In this document: piece by piece, positions 9,568 through 17,028 of the stretch
How positions within the stretch are numbered: the first letter of the stretch is position 1
Layout of the letters: each line of letters begins with the position of its first letter
NCBI GenBank assembly: GCA_039714095.1
Contig: JBDLJZ010000001.1
Span: 1-55,093, forward strand
DNA: 55,093 nucleotides
DNA from: Nanobdellota archaeon
GTDB taxonomy: Archaea; Nanobdellota; Nanobdellia; Pacearchaeales; GW2011-AR1
Direction of reading: 5' to 3'
Translations under genes and position numbers: made by a program
The notes under the pieces: model-generated
What the model was told of the DNA's origin: nothing
Databases searched by the model: none
The model's input: only the letters and a program-made list of their open reading frames with translations

Positions 9568-9729
9568 TCAAATTTCTAAGTGCTTCTTAATTTTTTCATA
9601 AAATGCCTTAAGTTTTTCCCTATCTCCAATATAAGCTAATACTTTCTGTTTAACCTTCCCATCAACAAGCTTCCCTTCAACTAAATAATAGTAATCTTTT
9701 CCTTTAATCAATTTCTTTCTTATATACAT
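9568..9729 (-). CDS. small hypothetical protein (53 aa)
   Basis: Hand translation gives MYIRKKLIKGKDYYYLVEGKLVDGKVKQKVLAYIGDREKLKAFYEKIKKHLEI. It is below the ORF-track cutoff. The YYYLVE..DGKVKQK.LAY.G pattern resembles N-termini seen in archaeal mobile-element proteins (recollection, not verified). Confidence 0.3.
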   Translation of the reverse strand: MYIRKKLIKGKDYYYLVEGKLVDGKVKQKVLAYIGDREKLKAFYEKIKKHLEI

Positions 9730-9893
9730 ATTAGGCACAAGGATTCTTAATATATAAATCTTATTATTTAGAGTAAATCTCTAGAATGAATATGGTATCT
9801 CCTATATGAAATGTATTCTGTGTGAAATGTATATAAATAATAAAACAAAACATTTATAAAGATTAGGCACAATATATATAGGTAATAATAAAT

Positions 9894-9916
9894 AAAAAAA
9901 GGAGCCCGAAGGCTCC
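9894..9916 (-). terminator. GC-rich UUCG-capped hairpin followed by a U-run (minus-strand reading)
   Basis: Minus strand reads GGAGCC-UUCG-GGCUCC followed by UUUUUUU. There is no annotated minus-strand CDS immediately upstream. Confidence 0.35.
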
Positions 9917-10002
9917 CCTGTCTCGTCGCTAAACAAAGACAAAATGAAAAGAAGTTATAGATATAAAAACCTTATTGTAAATCAACTTAGGAGAGATTGC
10001 TA

Positions 10003-10407
10003 ATGCAACAAGTAATCTATCTTAAAGAAAATTCTGATAGTATAAAGAATGCCAAAACAATCTTTGATAATATAAGTAAAATCAAAGTAGATTACGAACA
10101 AGAAAACTTTTTAGTTTTCTTCTTAGATACGAGATTAGAAATAATTGACACAGAGGTTTTATTCAAAGGTGGATTAAACTCTTGTTTGATAGACCCCAAA
10201 ACAATTTTTAGAAAAGCTTTGTTGAAAAATTCAGCTGCAATTATTGTTTCGCATAATCATCCAAGTAGAAATTTAAGCCCATCAAGTGAAGACATAGAAA
10301 GTTTTAACGAATTGAAAAAGATTGGCGAATTATTAGATTTAAGTGTTTTAGATAGTATTATCTTTGATGAAAATAAATATTACTCTCTTTCTGAAAATGA
10401 TAATTAA
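10003..10407 (+). CDS. RadC-like JAB/MPN domain protein
   Basis: IIVSHNHPSRNLSPSSEDI matches the JAMM-like HxHPSG...S.xD signature of RadC/DUF2466. ATG at 10003 is preceded by GGAGAG. The track start at 9997 is a TTG. Confidence 0.8.
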   Translation: MQQVIYLKENSDSIKNAKTIFDNISKIKVDYEQENFLVFFLDTRLEIIDTEVLFKGGLNSCLIDPKTIFRKALLKNSAAIIVSHNHPSRNLSPSSEDIESFNELKKIGELLDLSVLDSIIFDENKYYSLSENDN

Positions 10408-11092
10408 AACTTACAAAGAATTAGAGTTCTTCTTAAAAATGTTCAGAAATGGAAATGCGGAGCTTCTGATAGTCGAATCAAGGGGTGGATTAGGAAAATC
10501 AAGGCTTACAGAAAAAATGCTTAAGGATAAGGTTTACTTAAGAATTTTAAGCCATATAACGCCAATGCAATTTTATATTTTAGGATATAAATTTAAGGAC
10601 TTGCCTATTGTTATAGATGATTGTGATGGGCTTTTATCTAATGACCAGAATATTTCTTTGTTGAAAATGTTTTGCGAAACAAGGGAAACTAAAAGAGTTA
10701 GTTGGCTTAGTACAACAGGGGCTCTCAAAGAACAAGGAGTTCCAATGAATTATGAAACGCAATCCAAGGTTTTAATTTTGACTAATGATTTTCAAAATTT
10801 ATCTAAAAAAGTAGGTGCATTACAAGACAGAGGTTGGCACATCTCATTTGATCCCACACATAAGGAAATATTAAATCGAATTAAACAAATAAAGAAATTT
10901 TGCAGTTTAAATTTATCTGAGAATGAAATCAATGAAGTCTATGATTTAATTGAGAAATATTCTTCTGTTGGTCAATTTAGCCTTAGAACTTTTGTAAAAG
11001 GATTATTTTTGTATAAAGAATGTAAAAATACTGAGACTAATTGGAAAGAAATTTTATTGCAAGAAATGAAAGTTAATTCTAAATTATTTTGA
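10397..11092 (+). CDS. P-loop NTPase, plasmid or virus-like
   Basis: Walker A-like ESRGGLGKSRL and Walker B-like LPIVIDDCD. ATG at 10397 overlaps the RadC stop by 11 nt. The longer track start at 10364 would overlap more. Confidence 0.5.
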   Translation: MIIKTYKELEFFLKMFRNGNAELLIVESRGGLGKSRLTEKMLKDKVYLRILSHITPMQFYILGYKFKDLPIVIDDCDGLLSNDQNISLLKMFCETRETKRVSWLSTTGALKEQGVPMNYETQSKVLILTNDFQNLSKKVGALQDRGWHISFDPTHKEILNRIKQIKKFCSLNLSENEINEVYDLIEKYSSVGQFSLRTFVKGLFLYKECKNTETNWKEILLQEMKVNSKLF

Positions 11093-11362
11093 TTTGTCTA
11101 ATTTTTCAATATCATTTAACAAACTCTTGCCTTTTGTAGAAATTTTATAGAATCTTATGAGCTTTTGCTTTGGATTTAAACATTCAGCAAAACCTTTTTT
11201 GACTAATTCATTTAAGGTTCTACTGACAGAATTAAAATGTAAACCTGTTTCATCTTTTAGCTGTGTTGGAGTTTTTGGATTTCCAAGCAATTTTAGGATA
11301 TTTTTTCTATGTTTACTCCCCAAAATATAACTAATGTTTTCCCAACTACCTTCTTTTTTCAT
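11084..11362 (-). CDS. winged helix-turn-helix transcriptional regulator (ArsR-like)
   Basis: HRKNILKLLGNPKTPTQLKDETGLHFNSVSRTLNELVKKGF is a typical wHTH. Start trimmed to MKKEGSW at 11362 because the upstream 21 codons are Cys/Phe-rich, low-complexity sequence. Confidence 0.65.
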   Translation of the reverse strand: MKKEGSWENISYILGSKHRKNILKLLGNPKTPTQLKDETGLHFNSVSRTLNELVKKGFAECLNPKQKLIRFYKISTKGKSLLNDIEKLDKSK

Positions 11363-11462
11363 AAAAACAAAAATACAACAATAATTAAAAGCAAATCCAA
11401 CATCAATCCAACAACTATAACACAAAACTTATAAGTCTGAAAGAATTAATTTATTTAATAAA

Positions 11463-11603
11463 ATGGGTAAGCTCTTTGATTATTGTATGACAGGGGATTG
11501 GGAAGAAACGCAAAGAATAGCATTATATAAAAAGTTGGGCAAGAAATTGGATGATTTATCTCCTGAACAGCTAAAAAAGATTAAAAAAATAATGAATGAA
11601 TAA
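11463..11603 (+). CDS. small hypothetical protein (46 aa)
   Basis: Hand translation gives MGKLFDYCMTGDWEETQRIALYKKLGKKLDDLSPEQLKKIKKIMNE. No motif. Confidence 0.25.
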   Translation: MGKLFDYCMTGDWEETQRIALYKKLGKKLDDLSPEQLKKIKKIMNE

Positions 11604-11632
11604 TATAATTCTCATACCCAGATTATACAAAA

Positions 11633-11676
11633 TTCTATGGATTCCATAGAACTATAGACTCCATAGTTCCATAGAT
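11633..11676. repeat. iteron-like cluster of TCCATAG motifs including a 9-bp-arm palindrome
   Basis: TTCTATGGA-T-TCCATAGAA at 11633-11651, followed by actCCATAG and ttCCATAG copies up to 11676. Confidence 0.7.
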
Positions 11677-11801
11677 TTAGGCATTTTTTGTCGCTCTAGA
11701 AAGGTATTCCCTTTGTCAGAGATAATTTATACAATAAGATTTTGTTTTTTTGGTATTTTTTGTGCGGTGTCTCTCTTTTCTTAAGGCTCATCTAAATAAA
11801 A

Positions 11802-12032
11802 TCATTTCTCTCTTACATCATATATTTCCCCTCCTACAATTTTTATCATATCCGTCTTAACAAACAAATCTAAAATTTCTTTTCCAACCCTTATACTAGA
11901 ATGATGTTCTAAAGCAAACATTGCCAGAAATTTTTTTTCATTTATTGTACAATCTGAATTTTCATTGAAAACTCTTTCTATATTAAACTTAATCCAACCT
12001 ATTTTATCGGTTCGTGTTATTTTAGTTCCCAT
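11802..12032 (-). CDS. hypothetical protein (76 aa)
   Basis: Start trimmed to MGTKITRTDKIGW at 12032. That is 2 nt after the stop of the upstream DUF457 gene, which implies operon packing. The longer track ORF would overlap the neighbour. Confidence 0.45.
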   Translation of the reverse strand: MGTKITRTDKIGWIKFNIERVFNENSDCTINEKKFLAMFALEHHSSIRVGKEILDLFVKTDMIKIVGGEIYDVREK

Positions 12033-12034
12033 TT

Positions 12035-12403
12035 TTAATTTAACCCCCTTCGAGTTAGGGCATCGCCTAATAGATGCGTAATCATTCCAGCAAGAATCGA
12101 CATTATAAAATACCAATCTGAAGAACGGAAAAACCCTAATGTAAATACAACAGGAATTAAAATGAATGATATCACAAAGAAGCTCTTCCATGAATGCAGA
12201 CCGACCCTATGCCAAGCACTATTCGGAGTCTCAATTCTATCTATAATAAAGCTCCCTACAAGATAAAATGGCAAATTAATTAAAATTAATTTTATAGATA
12301 TTTCTCCAATAAACTCTCCATAAAGAAATATTCCAAAAAATCCCAATAGAACTGCCCAGTAAATATGCCCGCTAAAAGAGAGACCCCGCTTACATTTAAT
12401 CAC
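12035..12403 (-). CDS. membrane-bound metal-dependent hydrolase-like protein (YdjM/DUF457-like)
   Basis: Multi-TM profile with C-terminal ITHLLGDALTRRGL, reminiscent of DUF457. Confidence 0.45.
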   Translation of the reverse strand: MIKCKRGLSFSGHIYWAVLLGFFGIFLYGEFIGEISIKLILINLPFYLVGSFIIDRIETPNSAWHRVGLHSWKSFFVISFILIPVVFTLGFFRSSDWYFIMSILAGMITHLLGDALTRRGLN

Positions 12404-12671
12404 ATTTGATTTTAAATAGACATTTAATTCCTTTTTGATTGATTTCTAAAAATCCCATATCAGATAGAAAAAATAATAATTCTTTTACCTCTTGTTTTTT
12501 GAGTGAGAAATTTCTTCCTACCTTCAGATAAATATAAGAATAAGGTATGAATCCATTAATTTTTATTCCTTTAGTATTTTGCTTTACCTCGTAGAGTCTT
12601 AAAAGAAGCTTTCCATAGAGCCCATTTAGTCGATCCTTATTAAGAGGTATTGGTTGTTTTTGTTGTATCAT
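12396..12671 (-). CDS. hypothetical small protein, possible wHTH
   Basis: 91-aa ORF at the head of a three-gene minus-strand operon. Its 3' end overlaps the next gene by 8 nt. Confidence 0.4.
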   Translation of the reverse strand: MIQQKQPIPLNKDRLNGLYGKLLLRLYEVKQNTKGIKINGFIPYSYIYLKVGRNFSLKKQEVKELLFFLSDMGFLEINQKGIKCLFKIKCD

Positions 12672-12884
12672 TTAAATTATTTGAAAGAGAAGTTGTTTGT
12701 TGTTTTTTCTTCTCTTTCTCTTTATTTTTAATTAAATCTGTTAGCGTGTTTACCCAATTTGGATTTTTTTCTTTATTCATAATTAAAAAGAGCCCACGCC
12801 CTCTTTTAGAATTTTTTTGTATAAAAATTACTTATAAAAGAATCTTGTACAAAAATTTATATACGAAAAAGTGATATTTTTTGT

Positions 12885-13427
12885 ATGGGTGATATAAATC
12901 CACCTCATTTGAAAAAAGAATTTTTTGGAAAGGGAACCTCTGTTGTTAGGAATACAAAAAATCCATATATAAATAGAGATGAAAAGAATAAAGATAAGAA
13001 AAATAAAGATGTCTCTAAAAATGATAATTATTCTATAAGCATACCAATAAAAGTAGCCAAAATTATGGGGCTTAAAAATAAACAAAGATTAGATTTGATG
13101 TATTATCTTGATAAAAAATGTCCCCAAATTATACTTTCTATACCTCCTCTTTCAGATAAAGATAGGATACAAAAAATAAAGGAAAATAAAAAATTTCTAA
13201 AAATGGGAACCTCTTCAGACGAAATAGAATTATCAAGAGAAATATATAAGTTAGAAAAAGATATAGAAAGCAATAAAGATACACAAAAAATTATATTGTC
13301 TCATCCAGAATCTTCTGATAAAAAAGAGGCAATTAAATATTTAGAAGGAAGCGAAGAAGAATTAACAGAATTACTTAAAGAATTAAAAAATGATTTAAAT
13401 GAAATTAAAGAGAAATCTTCTTCTTAA
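12885..13427 (+). CDS. AbrB/SpoVT-like DNA-binding protein with a coiled-coil tail
   Basis: ISIPIKVAKIMGLKNKQRLDLMY resembles the AbrB-type swapped-hairpin motif. The remainder is charged and coiled-coil-like. Confidence 0.4.
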   Translation: MGDINPPHLKKEFFGKGTSVVRNTKNPYINRDEKNKDKKNKDVSKNDNYSISIPIKVAKIMGLKNKQRLDLMYYLDKKCPQIILSIPPLSDKDRIQKIKENKKFLKMGTSSDEIELSREIYKLEKDIESNKDTQKIILSHPESSDKKEAIKYLEGSEEELTELLKELKNDLNEIKEKSSS

Positions 13428-14577
13428 TTAATTCCAAAATTTCTGGATCCTTAATTAGTCCATCCATAACATTATCTGTTAAACTTCTTTCTGTTTCTGC
13501 TTCAATAATCTTTTCAGCTTCCTCTTTATCTAAAACTAATCCACAGATTTTACAAAATCGGTTTGTTGCTTCATTGGTAGTATTACACTTTATGCATTTC
13601 TTAGGTTGCATAACTGGAAGGTTTGATTCTTTCTTTATCTCTACGCCGTTAGCCCTTAGCACAGCTTCATCTGTTGTTTTTCCACACATGGAAATATATA
13701 CTCCACACATACGGCTACTTTGCCCCCAACCAAGATATTGCTTCATACATGCTTCACTCATAGTAGAAGCAAGCAGCGTAGCTCTTGAATGTCTAAGTAA
13801 ATGCAAATGAACTCTTTTTTTTATTCCTGCTTTTTTCGCAGCTGTTTTTAATACTCCTGAGATTCTTGTATAACTCATTTGTTGCCCATCACTTTTTATC
13901 CAAAGAGGAGAGTTTGAATTATCATTATCAGAATGTTGATTTATCCAGTTTTGCAAATAAGGAGAACTCCATACAACTAGAATTTTTCTCATGCCAGTCT
14001 TCCCATCCACAGTTAATCTTGCACCATATTCTTCAAATGAAGTATGTTTTATTTGCATTGACCCGATTTCTCCTGCCCTACAACCTGATTCGGCTAATGT
14101 AGCAATCAAAGCTTTGTCTCTTGGATTATTACATTTTTGAATTATCTTTTTTATTTCTTCTTCAGTTAAAAGTTCTTCAGGAAGCTTACTTTTACTTCTA
14201 GGAATATTAATTGAAATCCATCTAACTCTTTCTGGATAAACCCCTTTCTCATCTATATCTTCTATAAAACGATAAAGTTTTCTTACAATTACTTTAAATC
14301 CTTTTTTTGTTTCTTCTGCTAATCCTGTTTGGTTAAGTTCTCCAATAACAGCCCTGATGTCGTTTTTTGTAGCCTCTTCAAAAGGCTTTTTCAGCATTTT
14401 AGAATACTTTACTAATTCTCCAATACATCTTTCAATTCTTGGAACTCCAATTCCTTCACTCAATAAATAATTCTTAAATTTTAATATAGTCTCTTTATTT
14501 TCTTCGAGAATTTCTTTAGATTTCTTAATATTTTTAAGTGTTCTATCAAGTCTTCTTTTGTAATTATGTATATCCAT
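13405..14577 (-). CDS. tyrosine recombinase / integrase with a C-terminal zinc ribbon
   Basis: ESGCRAGE (Arg box), HLHLLRHSRAT (HxxR), GWGQSSRMCGVYI (catalytic Tyr region), CIKCNTTNEATNRFCKICG zinc ribbon. Sits 60 nt from the tRNA-Asp 3' end. Confidence 0.9.
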   Translation of the reverse strand: MDIHNYKRRLDRTLKNIKKSKEILEENKETILKFKNYLLSEGIGVPRIERCIGELVKYSKMLKKPFEEATKNDIRAVIGELNQTGLAEETKKGFKVIVRKLYRFIEDIDEKGVYPERVRWISINIPRSKSKLPEELLTEEEIKKIIQKCNNPRDKALIATLAESGCRAGEIGSMQIKHTSFEEYGARLTVDGKTGMRKILVVWSSPYLQNWINQHSDNDNSNSPLWIKSDGQQMSYTRISGVLKTAAKKAGIKKRVHLHLLRHSRATLLASTMSEACMKQYLGWGQSSRMCGVYISMCGKTTDEAVLRANGVEIKKESNLPVMQPKKCIKCNTTNEATNRFCKICGLVLDKEEAEKIIEAETERSLTDNVMDGLIKDPEILELIKKKISL

Positions 14578-14637
14578 GTTTGCTCATAATAACCGTGACT
14601 TATAAACCACGATTACGAGCACCAAACAAAAACTAAA

Positions 14638-14794
14638 CGCCCCAACCGGGAGTTGAACCCGGGTTTCTTGCGTTCTGCACATTTTCACCTTCTCTCGCGT
14701 TAGCGAGCATATTTAGGAAGGTTGACGGTCAAGGAAACCTATGTTTCCTTACCTGCACGACAGGCAAGTGTCTTAGCCGTTGGACAATTGAGGC
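14638..14794 (-). tRNA. tRNA-Asp(GUC) with an 85-nt intron at the canonical 37/38 position
   Basis: Hand-folded. Acceptor GCCUCAA/UUGGGGC, discriminator G. D arm GUCC..AGAC with GG in the loop. Anticodon stem CUUGC/GCAAG, loop CU-GUC-G|intron|C. T arm CCGGG-UUCAACU-CCCGG. Exons 14794-14758 and 14672-14638. The BHB has a central helix CUGU/GCAG flanked by 3-nt bulges. Confidence 0.85.
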
Positions 14795-14856
14795 AAATTA
14801 ATATAATTATCTACTAAATTCTTTTTAAAATTAACTATCTCAACTTGCCAATAAAA

Positions 14857-15150
14857 TCACCTAATTAATCTATTATAAATTAATGCAAAAATCCAAACCA
14901 TAAAAAATCCGTCAAAAAATCCATAAGTTGCCCCAAGAAAAACACCCAACCAAGAGGTAGAATATCCAAACATCCCATAAATTTCCGTTGTCATTGAATT
15001 ATATGTACTAAAATATCCAAGCATCCCAGCAATAGTTGAAAGAGAAATACAGATAGCAGAGATAATTCCTCCTGCTAAACCAAGTCTAAAAGCATCAAAT
15101 TTCATCGCCTTTGGCTTTTTTAAAAAACCTTTTACACCCTTTTTCATCAA
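14857..15150 (-). CDS. small membrane protein
   Basis: 97 aa with three hydrophobic, Gly-rich segments. No motif. Confidence 0.5.
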   Translation of the reverse strand: MMKKGVKGFLKKPKAMKFDAFRLGLAGGIISAICISLSTIAGMLGYFSTYNSMTTEIYGMFGYSTSWLGVFLGATYGFFDGFFMVWIFALIYNRLIR

Positions 15151-15167
15151 TAATTAAAACAAACAGA

Positions 15168-15395
15168 TTATTTAAAACTTTTGAATATAGACCAAATCAG
15201 ACTATAACTCCCAGCAATAATAAAATAAATTGGAATTATAATAACTGCTATAATAAAAAACAAAGCTTCCTCAAAACCAAAAATTGCACCAATAAAATTA
15301 TGCAAAATCACCACAACAAACCATAAAGCTATTAAGACTAAAATTCTTTTCCAATTCAATAATAAATATTTATCTAGTTTGTTTTTTCTTCTCAA
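15168..15395 (-). CDS. small membrane protein
   Basis: 75 aa with two TM segments. Its 5' end overlaps the serS stop region by 26 nt. Confidence 0.4.
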   Translation of the reverse strand: MRRKNKLDKYLLLNWKRILVLIALWFVVVILHNFIGAIFGFEEALFFIIAVIIIPIYFIIAGSYSLIWSIFKSFK

Positions 15396-16659
15396 TTTTC
15401 TTCTTACTATTCATATAAGGTTGTAAAACTTTCGGAATATTTATGCTTCCGTCTTTATTTTGATTATTCTCTAAAATAGCAACCATAATTCTAGAAGTTG
15501 CAATTACTGTATTATTTAATGTGTGCGCAAAATATCTCTTCCCTTTATTTTCAATCTTAATATTCAAACGTCTTGCTTGCGACTCTTCCATGTTTGTTAA
15601 GGAAGTAATTTCTTTGTATTCATTTTGACGAGGACTCCAAACTTCTAAATCACACGACTTTGCTTTTAAATTTGCCAAATCTCCTGAGCAACATTCCAAA
15701 ACCCTAAAAGGTAAATCTAATTTCTTAAATAAATCAACAGAATATCTAAGCATTTTATCATACCATTTATATGATTCTTTTGGCTCGCAAATAACAATCA
15801 TTTCTTGCTTGTTAAATTGGTGCGTTCTAAAAATTCCTTTCTCATCAATTCCATGTGAACCAATTTCTTTTCTAAAACACATAGAATAACCTGTCTGCAA
15901 AATAGGCAAATCTTTTTCAGAAAAAGTTTTATTCATAAATTGTCCAATTAAAGTATGCTCTGAGGTTGCAATTAAATACAAATCCCCTCCTTCAATCTTA
16001 TAAGACATTTCATCAATTTCTTCATTAGAATAAACTCCTCGCAAAATATCACCACGAATCATCAACGGAGGCTCAACATATAAAAAATTTTTTTCAACCA
16101 TAAAATCTCTTGCAAAATTAATTAACGCCACATTCAGTAATGCTAAATCTCCTTTAAGATAATAAAATCCTTTTCCAGAAACTTTAGCAGAATCATCAAA
16201 ATCTAAAATTCCTAATTTCTCTCCTAATTCAACATGACTCAAAACTTTGAAATCAAATTTTTTTATTTTACCAAATTTTTTAATCTCAACATTCTCAGAA
16301 TCGTCTTTTCCAATAGGAACTGACTCATGCATAATGTTTGGGATTTTAAACATAATTTCTTTAATTTTCCTCTCTAACTTTTTTCTTTTCTCTTGAACCT
16401 TTTCAATCTTAGTAGGAATTTCCTTTGCACTTTTTAATTCCTTTTCAACCTTTTTTCCAGATTTCTTCAATTCACTAATTTTCTTAGAAATTTTATTTCT
16501 ATCACCTCTCAAGTTGTCTTCATCAAATTTCAACTTCCTCCATTCCTCATCCAGCTTTTTAACTTCATCAACCAGTTTCAATTTATCATTCTGAAATTTT
16601 TTCTTAATATTTTCCTTAACTAAATCAGGATTTTTACGAATCAAATTAATATCAATCAT
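15370..16659 (-). CDS. serS: seryl-tRNA synthetase
   Basis: N-terminal coiled-coil arm starting MIDINLIRKNPDLVKENI. Class II motif 2 FRKEIGSHGIDEKGIFRTHQFNKQE. C-terminal GSINIPKVLQPYM. Confidence 0.95.
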   Translation of the reverse strand: MIDINLIRKNPDLVKENIKKKFQNDKLKLVDEVKKLDEEWRKLKFDEDNLRGDRNKISKKISELKKSGKKVEKELKSAKEIPTKIEKVQEKRKKLERKIKEIMFKIPNIMHESVPIGKDDSENVEIKKFGKIKKFDFKVLSHVELGEKLGILDFDDSAKVSGKGFYYLKGDLALLNVALINFARDFMVEKNFLYVEPPLMIRGDILRGVYSNEEIDEMSYKIEGGDLYLIATSEHTLIGQFMNKTFSEKDLPILQTGYSMCFRKEIGSHGIDEKGIFRTHQFNKQEMIVICEPKESYKWYDKMLRYSVDLFKKLDLPFRVLECCSGDLANLKAKSCDLEVWSPRQNEYKEITSLTNMEESQARRLNIKIENKGKRYFAHTLNNTVIATSRIMVAILENNQNKDGSINIPKVLQPYMNSKKKIEKKKQTR

Positions 16660-16971
16660 AAATTAATTTTACAAAACCAACTATTTAAAAATTTTGGAAA
16701 AATAATCCTGAAAGGCGAGTGTAACAATAATTACGAGTATAAAGATTTTTTAAAAAAAATCTGCAATAAATTAATTTTACAAAACCAACTATTTAAAAAT
16801 TTTGGAAAATTAATCTTAGAAAGGTGAGCATCTTCTGAAATTTCTAATAAATGAGCGAAAAAATTAAAAGTGAATTTAAAGAAGATTTCACGGAGTGCGA
16901 ATAGAGCGTTTCAATAATTACGAGTATAAAGATTTTTTAAAAAAAATCTGCAATAAATTAATTTTACAAAA
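16660..16971. repeat. duplicated intergenic promoter-region repeats
   Basis: A 42-nt unit aaattaattttacaaaaccaactatttaaaaattttggaaaa occurs at 16660-16701 and 16768-16809. A 60-nt unit caataattacgagtataaagattttttaaaaaaaatctgcaataaattaattttacaaaa occurs at 16725-16784 and 16912-16971. Each copy of the 60-nt unit contains the palindrome AGATTTTTTAAAAAAAATCT. Confidence 0.85.
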
Positions 16972-17028
16972 ATACTCTATTTAAATTTAATCAAAAAAAT
17001 ATATAAACTTATTTTAACAATTTAATTT

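Larger units (their letters stand above)
1227..14648. mobile_element. putative integrated genomic island at the 3' end of tRNA-Asp, bounded by a 12-bp direct repeat
   Basis: ACGCCCCAACCG occurs at 1227-1238 and at 14637-14648. The second copy is the complement of the tRNA 3' acceptor/T-stem end. A tyrosine integrase gene abuts the tRNA 3' end. Cargo is restriction, nuclease, helicase and plasmid-like genes. Confidence 0.6.

Noticed and set aside
11802-12191. Long version (129 aa) of the ORF, and likewise the 113-aa version of 11084-11425
   Set aside because: The N-terminal extensions are Cys/Phe/Ile-rich low-complexity sequence. The 11802 extension would overlap the upstream DUF457 gene by 157 nt. 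Internal ATGs at 12032 and 11362 give compact operon spacing and start at the recognisable domains.
12650-13085. ORFs 12650-12874 (+) and 12828-13085 (-)
   Set aside because: Both give low-complexity Phe/Ile-rich translations and overlap the divergent promoter region and the 5' end of the AbrB-like gene. There is no support beyond being open frames.
14751-14768. Intron-less fold of tRNA-Asp using the local hairpin CUUGC-CUGUCGU-GCAGG as the anticodon arm
   Set aside because: It would leave about 88 nt between the anticodon arm and the T arm, which is far beyond any variable arm. The distal GCAAG pairs perfectly with CUUGC and yields a canonical bulge-helix-bulge with splice sites at 37/38.
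16660-16971. Possible CRISPR array (also considered for 54322-54824)
   Set aside because: There are only two copies of each repeat, at irregular spacing, with no constant-length spacers and no cas genes in the window. The 54-kb region has diverged hairpin units of variable length rather than identical direct repeats.
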